From positions 56,915 to 76,914 of the forward strand of contig MEQL01000002.1 of the NCBI GenBank assembly GCA_001770205.1: a stretch of 20,000 nucleotides of DNA, given 5' to 3'. The notes under the pieces are model-generated. The model searched no databases. It saw only the letters and a list, made by a program, of their open reading frames with translations, and was not told the DNA's origin. Of this stretch, positions 7,718 through 16,656 are shown in pieces. Position numbers and translations under genes: made by a program. The first letter of the stretch is position 1. The number at the start of each line of letters is the position of its first letter. This DNA comes from Bdellovibrionales bacterium RIFOXYD12_FULL_39_22 (GTDB lineage Bacteria > Bdellovibrionota > Bacteriovoracia > Bacteriovoracales > Bacteriovoracaceae).

Positions 7718-9478
7718 TTATTCAATTTTCATAATTTTGATCTGGCCATATACTTCAACAACGCCATAGCTTGCAGCGATGCCTAATCCGTTAACAAGGC
7801 GAGTGATACTGCATCGGTGCTGCAATTGGAAAGTGGTTAGAGCACTGACGTCAATTTTTCCGTAAACATAACTAAATGTTAACGACGCAGTTGCGTTGTT
7901 TGAGTATCCAACGCTGCCAATTATGGAGAATGATCCTGAAGTAACGTTATATAATGCCACCTTATGTGCTGCCGTGACAAATGCTGGGGCAGAAGCGATA
8001 ATTTCATAGTGCCCAGGTTGTAGCGTAAATTGATTGTTGGCCAAACTAACAATGCTGCTATCGCCTTCGATTGTATTAAGATCTCTTTTCAGCCATGATC
8101 CTGCAGTACAATCACCACCATTGGTTCCACTTGGCTTAACGTCTTTCAAATACGCAACTTTAATTGTATTTCCTCCGCCAACTCCTTCAGGTATCACACT
8201 AATTGGAAGTTTTCCTGTGGAATCTAGTTGTGCAATTTGGCTTGGCCCTGTACCTGCGTTAATACTCAGTACATCTCCGTTGGCAACTTGAGTAAGTGGT
8301 AATCCATTTACAAGCACTCCGCCACCGCTTACACCCAAACTTACATAGGCATCGGTTCCATCAACTCCGGCCGGACCTTGTGGCCCTTGCGGTCCGATTG
8401 GCCCGGTAGCTCCATCGATACCATCGGCTCCCGGTTCACCTTTTGGCCCAACAGGACCCATTGGCCCTTGTGGACCGACAGCACCATCGAGGCCTGCGAT
8501 ACCTTGAAGTCCTTGGTCTCCTTTATCACCCTTGTCGCCTTTTTCACCTTGTGGCCCAGCAATCCCGGGTAGTCCTTGTAATCCCTGAGGTCCTTGAGGG
8601 CCGATAGCTCCGGCGTCACCTTGTAAACCTTGCGGACCGACTGGCCCAACAGGACCCATTGGCCCTTGTGGACCAGGAGCACCATCAAGTCCGTTTAACC
8701 CCATGAGTCCAGTAGGTCCTTGCGGCCCTATTGGTCCTGCGATACCTTGAAGTCCTTGGTCCCCTTTATCACCTTTGTCTCCTTTTTCACCCTGTTCGCC
8801 TTGAAGTCCTGGAAGTCCTTGTGGACCGATTTCACCCTGTGGACCTTGTGGACCCATTGGGCCTACGGGCCCTACTAAGTCGCTTCTTGTAGTAACTCTT
8901 GTACCGTCAGGAAATTCAATTCCCCCCAGTATCGATTTAAAAAATCCGTCAATAACAAGATCTCCGTTTTCATCAATGCGTGGAATTTTTCCTGGCCGAC
9001 TTCCGACGTCAATATCCAAAACGCCATCTTTAACAATGGATCCGCCAAGAACGCCGTTGGCCATAAGTCCGACCCCGGCAGTTACTGAATAAACTCCCTT
9101 GCCACCGTTTCCATTATGGCCCTCGCCATCATCATCGTCGTCGTTATCGTGATGACAGAACTCTCCGCGCTCAAACCAACCAAACTCATCACTATTCCAA
9201 AAAAGTTTTTCCCCATGAAAACGGCCGGTGCCAAGCTCGGATACTCCTGCGTACTTCTCATTTGGCTCCCATTTCCGTTGTTGTTTGTTCCAGGTGATTA
9301 TTTGACAGTGTTTTGCCTCATGCTCATTAGCCGATACTGACTGACCTTTATCTTTCTTATTGCTGCTGCCTCCACTGTTTTCCCTGCTAGCGTAAGAGTT
9401 GGAAGTAAACAGAGATAAGATTACGATTGCTAGAAGTGAGAATTTTAGTGAGGGGAGGAGATGGGAAGATGTTTTCAT
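7718..9478 (-). CDS. Exported collagen-like trimeric fibre protein with a C1q-like/tail-fibre-type C-terminal head
   Basis: ATG 9478 after AAGGA, signal peptide SYA|SR, 58 uninterrupted Gly-X-Y triplets, and a beta-rich C-terminal domain 'WLKRDLNT...NNQFTLQPGHYEI'. Confidence 0.85.
   Translation of the reverse strand: MKTSSHLLPSLKFSLLAIVILSLFTSNSYASRENSGGSSNKKDKGQSVSANEHEAKHCQIITWNKQQRKWEPNEKYAGVSELGTGRFHGEKLFWNSDEFGWFERGEFCHHDNDDDDDGEGHNGNGGKGVYSVTAGVGLMANGVLGGSIVKDGVLDIDVGSRPGKIPRIDENGDLVIDGFFKSILGGIEFPDGTRVTTRSDLVGPVGPMGPQGPQGEIGPQGLPGLQGEQGEKGDKGDKGDQGLQGIAGPIGPQGPTGLMGLNGLDGAPGPQGPMGPVGPVGPQGLQGDAGAIGPQGPQGLQGLPGIAGPQGEKGDKGDKGDQGLQGIAGLDGAVGPQGPMGPVGPKGEPGADGIDGATGPIGPQGPQGPAGVDGTDAYVSLGVSGGGVLVNGLPLTQVANGDVLSINAGTGPSQIAQLDSTGKLPISVIPEGVGGGNTIKVAYLKDVKPSGTNGGDCTAGSWLKRDLNTIEGDSSIVSLANNQFTLQPGHYEIIASAPAFVTAAHKVALYNVTSGSFSIIGSVGYSNNATASLTFSYVYGKIDVSALTTFQLQHRCSITRLVNGLGIAASYGVVEVYGQIKIMKIE
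8351..8872 (-). repeat. Collagen Gly-X-Y repeat tract (58 triplets) with internal DNA duplications
   Basis: GPV GPM ... GVD GTD counted by hand. Identical blocks at 8444-8476 and 8642-8674, and at 8493-8518 and 8736-8761. Confidence 0.95.
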
Positions 9479-9960
9479 AGATACGTTCCTTTGTTTTAAG
9501 CAAGTAGTCAAAAATAGTCTTCTTTTAACTAATAGTTAATTGATGTTAAGCAGACTAATTCTGTCTGTTTTTTGCATTGTATCATTTCCCTGATACTTTT
9601 CTTATATTCTAAAAACAATTTTATCATAAGTCTATAATCCTGGGAGCTTATGTTTATTTGTAAGTAAATTTTAGGTAATTAATAATATGCCAAACAGTGC
9701 CAACCAAAATGGGCAGTTAAAAAAATAAAAATTTTTTAAAAAATAAAAAATCAAAAGAATCATTAAAAAGGAATTAAAGAAATCAAAAGAAAATCACAGT
9801 AAAAAAACAGTTAGAAAGGCAGTTATAATATAAAAAAATACTAAATTAGGCAGAATATGATCACTATTTTCTATTTTTAGATCGTGTATATTAATTTGTA
9901 TACTATAGCGCAACAATATCAACAGCTTTTCGGCGTATAAATAAACAGGAGGGATTTTCC

Positions 9961-10425
9961 ATGTCCAAATATTTTTTCGTAGCAACCTGTATCCTTATAT
10001 TAACAATTGCCACACAACTATTAATCAGTTGCTCTGATAATGATGTTGATGAAAAAGGCCGTGTTCAAACAAAAGCATCTTTTGCCAAACATTTTAATGA
10101 AAAAATTTCTGGCCGCGATGAGGATCTTTTTAAAGTAAAATGTGGAATTCAGTATGATGGGGAAGTGGTTACTCCCATTACGTTTGAGATGCCTTATTCG
10201 CGTTCGATGCAGAGTGAGGCAAAAGAGGTTGGCGAAACTGGAAAAATTTCTGTTTTTGTCGGATGGAATCAAATAGATGGCCAAGAATTTCAAGTTTACT
10301 TTCAGGGCAAGGAAGAGAATCCTTCCGCTATTGCCACTGCCAGTAACTGGAATAGTATATCCCTGCAGTTAAAATTTGATGAAAGTAAAGAACTAACTAT
10401 TTCCTGCGTATCGGCGAATAACTAA
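9961..10425 (+). CDS. Hypothetical lipoprotein
   Basis: RBS AGGAGG, hydrophobic signal and lipobox LIS|C. Confidence 0.75.
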   Translation: MSKYFFVATCILILTIATQLLISCSDNDVDEKGRVQTKASFAKHFNEKISGRDEDLFKVKCGIQYDGEVVTPITFEMPYSRSMQSEAKEVGETGKISVFVGWNQIDGQEFQVYFQGKEENPSAIATASNWNSISLQLKFDESKELTISCVSANN

Positions 10426-10466
10426 TAGAGTTGTTATCAAATATACAGTCAAATATACAGTTGCTG

Positions 10467-10500
10467 GTTGGCCGGAGGATTCTTAGAGTCTTTTGCCAAC
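10467..10500 (+). terminator. Stem-loop between convergent genes (possible terminator)
   Basis: GTTGGC-C-GGAGGATTC-TTA-GAGTCTTTT-GCCAAC pairs with G-U wobbles on the + strand. There is no clear U-tail. Confidence 0.45.
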
Positions 10501-10508
10501 ATTGTAAT

Positions 10509-11249
10509 TTAAACTTTTGAGATGACTGCACAGTATAATGGCCCAGTTTTTTCATTTATTATCTTTTGAATTTTCCAACCAGTACCGTTTAAAATCATCT
10601 CCATCTCTTTTTGAGTTACCATTAAATAGTCAAACCAAGGCCCTTTGATATTTCCAAATCGACAACGTAGTTTTAACTCACCCCGTAATTTACCTTTTTG
10701 TAAGCAATCTTTCTGATAGGCAATGTGAAATATATTTTTTGTCTTAGAGATGTCACATGATTGGGCAATAATATTAGCGTCACATGTAGTTATCTTATGT
10801 AATTCCTCTAATATCTTTTTACCGCGCTTGGGAGTTCCCAAGAGGCCAAAATTATTGCCCAGCATAGTAACAGATTTAAAATTTTTCTCTTTTAAATTAT
10901 TTAAATTTTCAATCGGAAGTATTTTTACTCTTTTTAACCCTCGAAGCTTGCATACCTTTACCGCTAGCGGGCTGTTATCAATTCCAAGATAATCAATTTT
11001 TTTATTTTGCAAATATAGTCCTATTCGGCCGGCCCCACATCCTAGATCAAGAGTTTTTCCTTTAATATTTTTCATTGCCTGCTTGGTTGCATAACTCCAA
11101 TTTTTATATTCTCCAAAATATTTAGCAATTCCATTTTCGTATCCATCGATATATCCATCTGAGCGTTCAATAATTTCAGTTACTTCGTCACCATTGTAAT
11201 GGGCCATAATTTCCATGCCAAACGCATCAACTTCTTTTTTTATTTTCAT
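10509..11249 (-). CDS. Class I SAM-dependent methyltransferase
   Basis: Motif I 'LDLGCGAGR', 'GIDNSP', 'MLGNNFGL'. ATG 11249 follows AGGAGGAG. Confidence 0.9.
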   Translation of the reverse strand: MKIKKEVDAFGMEIMAHYNGDEVTEIIERSDGYIDGYENGIAKYFGEYKNWSYATKQAMKNIKGKTLDLGCGAGRIGLYLQNKKIDYLGIDNSPLAVKVCKLRGLKRVKILPIENLNNLKEKNFKSVTMLGNNFGLLGTPKRGKKILEELHKITTCDANIIAQSCDISKTKNIFHIAYQKDCLQKGKLRGELKLRCRFGNIKGPWFDYLMVTQKEMEMILNGTGWKIQKIINEKTGPLYCAVISKV

Positions 11250-11278
11250 ATTAACTCCTCCTGTCTTCAGATCCCAAA

Positions 11279-12982
11279 TCAATAATATCTTAAGTAATTA
11301 ATTACTCTATCAGCGGCCATTGCTGTTTTTGTACGGTGAGTGGTAATAATCATTGTGGTTTCTGGATAATTTTCTTTAATTTTTTTCCAAAACAATTCCT
11401 CTGTTTTGGCATCCATTGCAGCAGTTATATCATCCATTAAAATTAGTTCCGGCCGACGAATTAGTGTACGAGCAATAGAGATCCGTTGGCGTTGGCCGCC
11501 AGAAAGTGAGACTCCTTTTTGCAATAATATTGTTTTTTCTTTATCAGGAAAGGAGTCTAGATCTTCTTTCATCATTGCATGGTCGATGGCCTGAGCTATT
11601 TTTTCATCTGAATAATTGGCACCAAGAAGAATATTATCTTTAATCGAATCAGAAAAAAGAATGGACTCCTGAGGAATGGTGGCCACTAAATTATAGAGTG
11701 ATTCACTGTTAATTTCTTCAGTAGAAAGTCCATTTATCAAAACCTCCCCCGAGGAAGGCCGAAGCGTTCCATCTGCCAATGAGAGTAGGGTGGATTTCCC
11801 GCTACCCACTTTTCCCATAATTGCAACCTTTTCTCCTTTTTTGATGGAAAGATTGAAATTAGATATAATTGGCCGCCCTTGTGATGTGTAAGAGAAGCTG
11901 ACATTTTTAAACTGCATAGATTCGAAAGAAGTGATATTTTTGGTTATAGTTTTAGTACTTTCAGTATTATCAGTACTATTTTGAGTTGCATTTTTAGATC
12001 TATTTTGAGTCAGCAAATATTGGGCCGTTTCATCTAGGCGCTGTTCATATTTGGCAACTTGTTTGGTGGTGGCATAAAACCAACTAAGAGTCCAGATCGG
12101 GCCCATCATGCGATTTAGATAGACGATAAACATCAAAAAATCACCCAGCGAAATAGTGTGAGCAATCATCATGTAGCTGCCCAAAAAAATGGTAATTATA
12201 GGGCCGCTACTATTGGCCAATATGGAGAATAGTTGAATTGTTTGATTAACTTTTAAAAACTCTTTTTCTTTTTGGGTGCGTCTGTTGGTTAGTTCTTGAT
12301 ATTTAGCAAGTTGGGCGGCCTCGGAAAGGGTGCTTTTTACTACGCGAATTCCTGAAAAACAGCTCTCTAATACTTGATTACAATCAGAGGCCGCTTGTTG
12401 CTTCTCACTTATAAGTCGCAACATTTTGAGTTCAAAATGGGCCAAAATTGCCACTAAAAATGGAATTGGTAAAAAGGATGCAAGTGTAAGGGGGGCGGAG
12501 GTGTTAAACATTATAATTAGTGGGAATAGGATGGTAAAAAACGCTTCAAACGGGCGTAAAATACCAGAGCAAGCATACCAAGCAAGCCGATCATTACCGC
12601 CATCTATATCATCAGTAAGGCGAGTAAGAAGATCTCCTGTGGAAAATTTTTCAAAAAATTGGCGATTGCTTTCAGTGTAAATCTTATAAAACTGGCCTCG
12701 CATTATTGCAGAAAAGAGCAGATTCATAAAACCGCGCGAGAAGGGAAGTAATTGAGTTACGAAGATGCGGAAAAAGGAAAATATGGCAAATCCCCAAATT
12801 AATTTTTGAGTTGAATCAAGAGAGTAATCTTTTTCGAAAGAGTCAAAAATAGTTTTTAAAAAAATGGGCCCGATCGTTTCAACACTAATGGTGATTGCAG
12901 AAAGCAAGAAGATGAAAAACATCGCTTTTTTATGGCGGGCCCAGAGTGGGAAAAACCATCGCATGGTTTTTAAAAAGAGCAT
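11279..12982 (-). CDS. ABC exporter half-transporter (TMD+NBD, MdlA-like) with a degenerate Walker B
   Basis: Membrane domain with 'STGDLLTRLTDD', Walker A GKVGSGKST, signature LSGGQRQR, Walker B LMDD. RBS AAGGAGG; the start overlaps the upstream gene. Confidence 0.92.
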   Translation of the reverse strand: MLFLKTMRWFFPLWARHKKAMFFIFLLSAITISVETIGPIFLKTIFDSFEKDYSLDSTQKLIWGFAIFSFFRIFVTQLLPFSRGFMNLLFSAIMRGQFYKIYTESNRQFFEKFSTGDLLTRLTDDIDGGNDRLAWYACSGILRPFEAFFTILFPLIIMFNTSAPLTLASFLPIPFLVAILAHFELKMLRLISEKQQAASDCNQVLESCFSGIRVVKSTLSEAAQLAKYQELTNRRTQKEKEFLKVNQTIQLFSILANSSGPIITIFLGSYMMIAHTISLGDFLMFIVYLNRMMGPIWTLSWFYATTKQVAKYEQRLDETAQYLLTQNRSKNATQNSTDNTESTKTITKNITSFESMQFKNVSFSYTSQGRPIISNFNLSIKKGEKVAIMGKVGSGKSTLLSLADGTLRPSSGEVLINGLSTEEINSESLYNLVATIPQESILFSDSIKDNILLGANYSDEKIAQAIDHAMMKEDLDSFPDKEKTILLQKGVSLSGGQRQRISIARTLIRRPELILMDDITAAMDAKTEELFWKKIKENYPETTMIITTHRTKTAMAADRVINYLRYY

Positions 12983-14757
12983 ATAACCTCCTTGCGATGA
13001 TTTTGAGAGTGATAGAGGTTGGCATAATCAGCATTGGCAGTCATTAATTCGTGATGTGTTCCCTGTTCGACCACTTTTCCATCTTTTATCACAATAATTT
13101 TATCGGCCCTAGCAATAGTAGATAAACGATGTGCAATAATGATGGCAGTTTTCCCTGGGAGAATTTTATCTAACGCCGCCTGAATCATTTGTTCGGTTTG
13201 CGGGTCAATGGCACTAGTGGCCTCATCTAGTAACAAAATATCTGGGCCAAAAACCATCGAGCGGGCCAGTGATAGAAGCTGCTTTTCCCCCGAGGAGATA
13301 TTTCCCCCATTTTCAAGAAGAGAGGTTGCAAAACCTTTCTCAAAATTTTCAATAATGCTAGTAATTCCCAGATCGGAGGTTATTTGATGAACTTGGCAAT
13401 CAGGGATATCTTGGCGAAGTACTTTCAAATTATCTAGCACATTACCGGGAAATAACTTTATCTCTTGCCAGAATAGGCCCACAATTTTTCGCCAACTGGA
13501 GAGATGGATTTCCTGAAGATTTTTGCCATCAATCAAAATTTCTCCGGCATCAACATTATAGAAACGACAGAGTAATGAAAAAATAGTGCTTTTGCCATGG
13601 CCGGTAGGCCCAACAATTGCCACTATTTCATTTTTATTAATGGAGAAAGAGAGGTCGGTTAAAGTTGGCCGAGTAGGAGTATGGGCAAAAGAGACATTTT
13701 TAAATTCAATTTTTTCTTTAAATTGATATGGTTGATGCTGATACGAATTATAAGATTGATAAGAGTGTGGCGTTATATTTTTTTCGTTATCTACTTCTGG
13801 CCGAGTATCTAAAATTTCAAATAGACGATCCGCAGAACTAACTCCTCTTTGTAGTTGTCCAATTTGTTCGGACAGACGAAAGAGTGGTTCCGTGGCCATT
13901 CGCAAATAGTCAATAAACATCCAGATAGTTCCGATGGAGATGACATTGGCCTTTATGTCACTTGCTCCTCGATAAATGACTAATGCAATGATTAATTCTG
14001 GAATAATACGAAAGGCAAAAAAAATAGCATATTCACGCAAAAAAATAGTTTGGGCAAATTTAGTTTTTTCATCATTCACTTGCTGAAATTTTTTTTTCGA
14101 CCACTCTAAAGCAGCAAGTTTCTGCAGAAGAGGAATCGCTCCCAGATGTTCTCCTAAAAAAGCTGAGATATTGGCGTATAATTTACGATCATGTTTATAC
14201 ATCTTTCGCAGTCTGCCAAAAAACAGTACTGAAAAAAAGATAAAAAAAGGAATCATGGGAATGGCCATTAGTGCATACTTGCTACTGATGGAGAACATAA
14301 TTATTATGGCCACGACAACGTTAAGAGCGGCGCCGAGTAGTTCTAAAGAGACACTAGAAAACAACATAAATAGTTGTTGCGTATCAGAATCGATTCGACT
14401 AATTAAGCGGCCGGCCCCATTTTTATCAAAGAAATTTAAAGGAAGGGTTAGGATATGCTTTAGTAATTTTATCTTTAGTTGGTTGATTATTTCAAACCCC
14501 ATATTTCCCACTAAAAGTTGTTCTGAATAGGAGCAGAGACTAGAGGCAACGGTGGCCAGTAAAAAAAGAATGCCTATAGTAATAATTTGCGACAGATCTT
14601 TAGAAGGAATGGCCTGATCTAAAAGGTGTCGAAAGATTAGGGGCATTGCCATCGCAATAGCGGTGGAGAGGATTACCAAAAAAAGGGCAATGAGCAGACT
14701 ACGTTTATATCCGTTAAAAAAAGTATAGACTCTTTTTAGGGTGGAAAATTTTTTCAT
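12970..14757 (-). CDS. ABC exporter half-transporter (TMD+NBD, MdlB-like)
   Basis: 'GRLISRIDSD', Walker A GPTGHGKST, signature ISSGEKQ, LLLDEATS, IAHRLST. Confidence 0.93.
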   Translation of the reverse strand: MKKFSTLKRVYTFFNGYKRSLLIALFLVILSTAIAMAMPLIFRHLLDQAIPSKDLSQIITIGILFLLATVASSLCSYSEQLLVGNMGFEIINQLKIKLLKHILTLPLNFFDKNGAGRLISRIDSDTQQLFMLFSSVSLELLGAALNVVVAIIIMFSISSKYALMAIPMIPFFIFFSVLFFGRLRKMYKHDRKLYANISAFLGEHLGAIPLLQKLAALEWSKKKFQQVNDEKTKFAQTIFLREYAIFFAFRIIPELIIALVIYRGASDIKANVISIGTIWMFIDYLRMATEPLFRLSEQIGQLQRGVSSADRLFEILDTRPEVDNEKNITPHSYQSYNSYQHQPYQFKEKIEFKNVSFAHTPTRPTLTDLSFSINKNEIVAIVGPTGHGKSTIFSLLCRFYNVDAGEILIDGKNLQEIHLSSWRKIVGLFWQEIKLFPGNVLDNLKVLRQDIPDCQVHQITSDLGITSIIENFEKGFATSLLENGGNISSGEKQLLSLARSMVFGPDILLLDEATSAIDPQTEQMIQAALDKILPGKTAIIIAHRLSTIARADKIIVIKDGKVVEQGTHHELMTANADYANLYHSQNHRKEVICSF

Positions 14758-14899
14758 AAGTGCTTTTACCGGGGCCGATATACTTCTTCAACAATATTCT
14801 GGCGTCTATATCGTTTTCAAGGGTGTCATTGAATTTAAAAGAGAAGCCATTTGCTTCGTTAATCCAGAATGGCCCGAGTAATGTAGTGCACTCTTAACT

Positions 14900-15135
14900 T
14901 CTTTCACTTTCCCACCTTTCGGTTTTTCTTCGTCATTTTTTATCATCGCCATTATTTGATTCTGAATTATTATTTGTTTTTTTATATCCGATTTTCCCTT
15001 TTCGTCTTTCAAGCGGTTAATAATATTTCGGAGTTCTTGGATCTCTTTTTTTAATTTTTCGATTTCTTGCACTTGATTTTCTATGTTCTTTACAAGAACA
15101 GTGATTGTTGTCTCAAGAACATCACGCTTTGAAAT
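14900..15135 (-). mobile_element. Transposase N-terminal remnant (IS66-like coiled-coil leader)
   Basis: 'TITVLVKNIENQVQEIEKLKKEIQELRNIINRLKDEKGKSDIK' resembles the 'L..EN..LRDE.NRLKGEQGKP' leaders of IS66-related transposases. No catalytic core is present. Boundaries are approximate. Confidence 0.55.
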
Positions 15136-15439
15136 TTTTTTGAAAAATTTAAATGAACAATTTTTGATATCCGAAATATTCATTATCAACATAAAGCGCG
15201 TTACCCAAGACATCGACAATGTTAATCCAATGGAAGACGAAAAAATCATCGAGAAAATACATAATATCGGAGAACGACGTGGTAGTCTTGAATGGTTTGA
15301 TTTTAGCGCACCAACAATTGATTTGCCTGACGGATATCGGGGTCGCCTTGTAAAAGTTGATGGTCTATCTAACATCGATATTTTTACTCTGCACCTTAGC
15401 GTTTTATGCAAGAGCTTAGAGAAGACGTTGCTAAACTAA
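15128..15439 (+). pseudogene. Degraded DUF6036/AbiEii-like nucleotidyltransferase
   Basis: 'KRVTQDID' (DxD motif), then 'WF...LPDGYRGRL'. The GG motif, a credible start and the C-terminal helices are missing. Confidence 0.55.
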
Positions 15440-15451
15440 AGGAGGAGTTGT

Positions 15452-16144
15452 GTGAATACTTTAAATAGTTCAGTCGAAACTTTCGCAACAAACCTAGAGT
15501 CACTCGGCGGACTAATTCATACCCATACCTCTTCCCGGAAAACAAAACGAGACTACATTGATCTTGAGCTATTTTTTTTAACTTCAACTTGTCATTTATT
15601 AAATAGCGATGGCCGACTGGTTAGATGCATGGAATATTGGACATATACCTTCGGCAAATATCTCTCTCCTTCTAGAATCACAAAATACATCCAGCAAGGA
15701 ATAGCGTATGACGGTGCCGTCCTGGGAGCACTACTTTCAATCGCCGATAGCAAATTTCCTCGAAGTGGTGAATTTCATCTTCTAATCAAGTTCACTAAAA
15801 AACATAACAATGCTCCTTTACTTGCCTTTTTAAAGCGAGTAAAAAATCCTGATGAAAACTGGATAAAGTTTGGCATCATCGCCCCTCAGTTTATTCCAGA
15901 TGAGCCCAAGCACTTTTTACGATCAACTGACTACATCATTAAAAATATTCCTGAGCTATCTTATAGAATAAAGGGCTACACCATCGCAATTGCCAATATA
16001 AATGCTCTACTTGATCTCAATGGCCCACTGAGCGTTTATAAAATCGCTAAGATTACTAACTCTACCTACTCCTACATCCATGGAATATACAATAAGCACA
16101 TTAAAATAACTCGATCGGCTAAAGCGCTAGTATTATCCAAGTAA
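15452..16144 (+). CDS. Hypothetical protein with a C-terminal HTH-like motif (possible antitoxin or regulator)
   Basis: GTG start after a strong AAGGAGGAG, 12 nt after the NTase fragment. C-terminal 'LSVYKIAKITNSTYSYIH'. Confidence 0.6.
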   Translation: MNTLNSSVETFATNLESLGGLIHTHTSSRKTKRDYIDLELFFLTSTCHLLNSDGRLVRCMEYWTYTFGKYLSPSRITKYIQQGIAYDGAVLGALLSIADSKFPRSGEFHLLIKFTKKHNNAPLLAFLKRVKNPDENWIKFGIIAPQFIPDEPKHFLRSTDYIIKNIPELSYRIKGYTIAIANINALLDLNGPLSVYKIAKITNSTYSYIHGIYNKHIKITRSAKALVLSK

Positions 16145-16155
16145 AGCATTTTGTA

Positions 16156-16512
16156 GTGGTAATAAGATACTCACGCCTATTTCCACAATCACTGAATGAT
16201 CAGCCATTAGTGCTTCCTACTATTCACAGCAAATTAAGACATGATTTAAATCACTATTTTAAACTCCAGAATATTCGCATTTTACCAACAGCAGAAACAC
16301 AGGACACGAGTTTGCAAATATTATTTGCCAAAAAAGGGATCGGCCTTGTCCCGCTCTCGGAAGCGTCGAGTGAAGATCTGATGAGTGATGGATTACTTCA
16401 GAGAATTGGAACTCTGAGCGGTGTTCATGAAGAGATGTGGTTAGTTTCAGCGCAAAGGAAGCTTGAAAACCCAATTGCGGCCAAATTGATAAAGTTTTTT
16501 ACGCTCTATTAG
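16156..16512 (+). pseudogene. 5'-truncated LysR-family (NhaR-like) regulator, effector-domain end only
   Basis: 'FPQSLNDQPLVLPT...KLRHDL...AETQDTSL...GIGL...IGTL...EEMWLVSAQRKLENP' matches NhaR-like C-termini. There is no HTH. Confidence 0.75.
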
Positions 16513-16656
16513 AGTTTTATTAAAACAAACGATCTAATATGATTTATCTAATTGTGTGAAGTTGTGAGATAGGCTATATTGTGAAATAAGTTACTCGAAT
16601 GATAGTTGATTTAAGCAAATCCGGTTTGCGAAATATTTACAAAGGAAAATATAATT

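Noticed and set aside
8341..8688. Alternative-frame ORFs in the collagen tract
   Set aside because: They are by-products of repetitive Gly-X-Y coding.
9687..9703. Minus-strand TTGGCACTGTTTGGCAT as a sigma-54 promoter for the collagen gene
   Set aside because: The spacing is GG-N9-GC, not the required N10.
10467..10500. Integron attC site
   Set aside because: The ends are GTT...AAC, the reverse of attC (RYYYAAC...GTTRRRY), and no integrase is present.
14806..15411. 201-aa ORF as one intact gene
   Set aside because: It appears chimeric, combining the antisense of the NTase fragment with a transposase scrap.
16513..16656. yybP-ykoY riboswitch upstream of terC
   Set aside because: The region is AT-rich, with no recognisable conserved motif or stems by eye.
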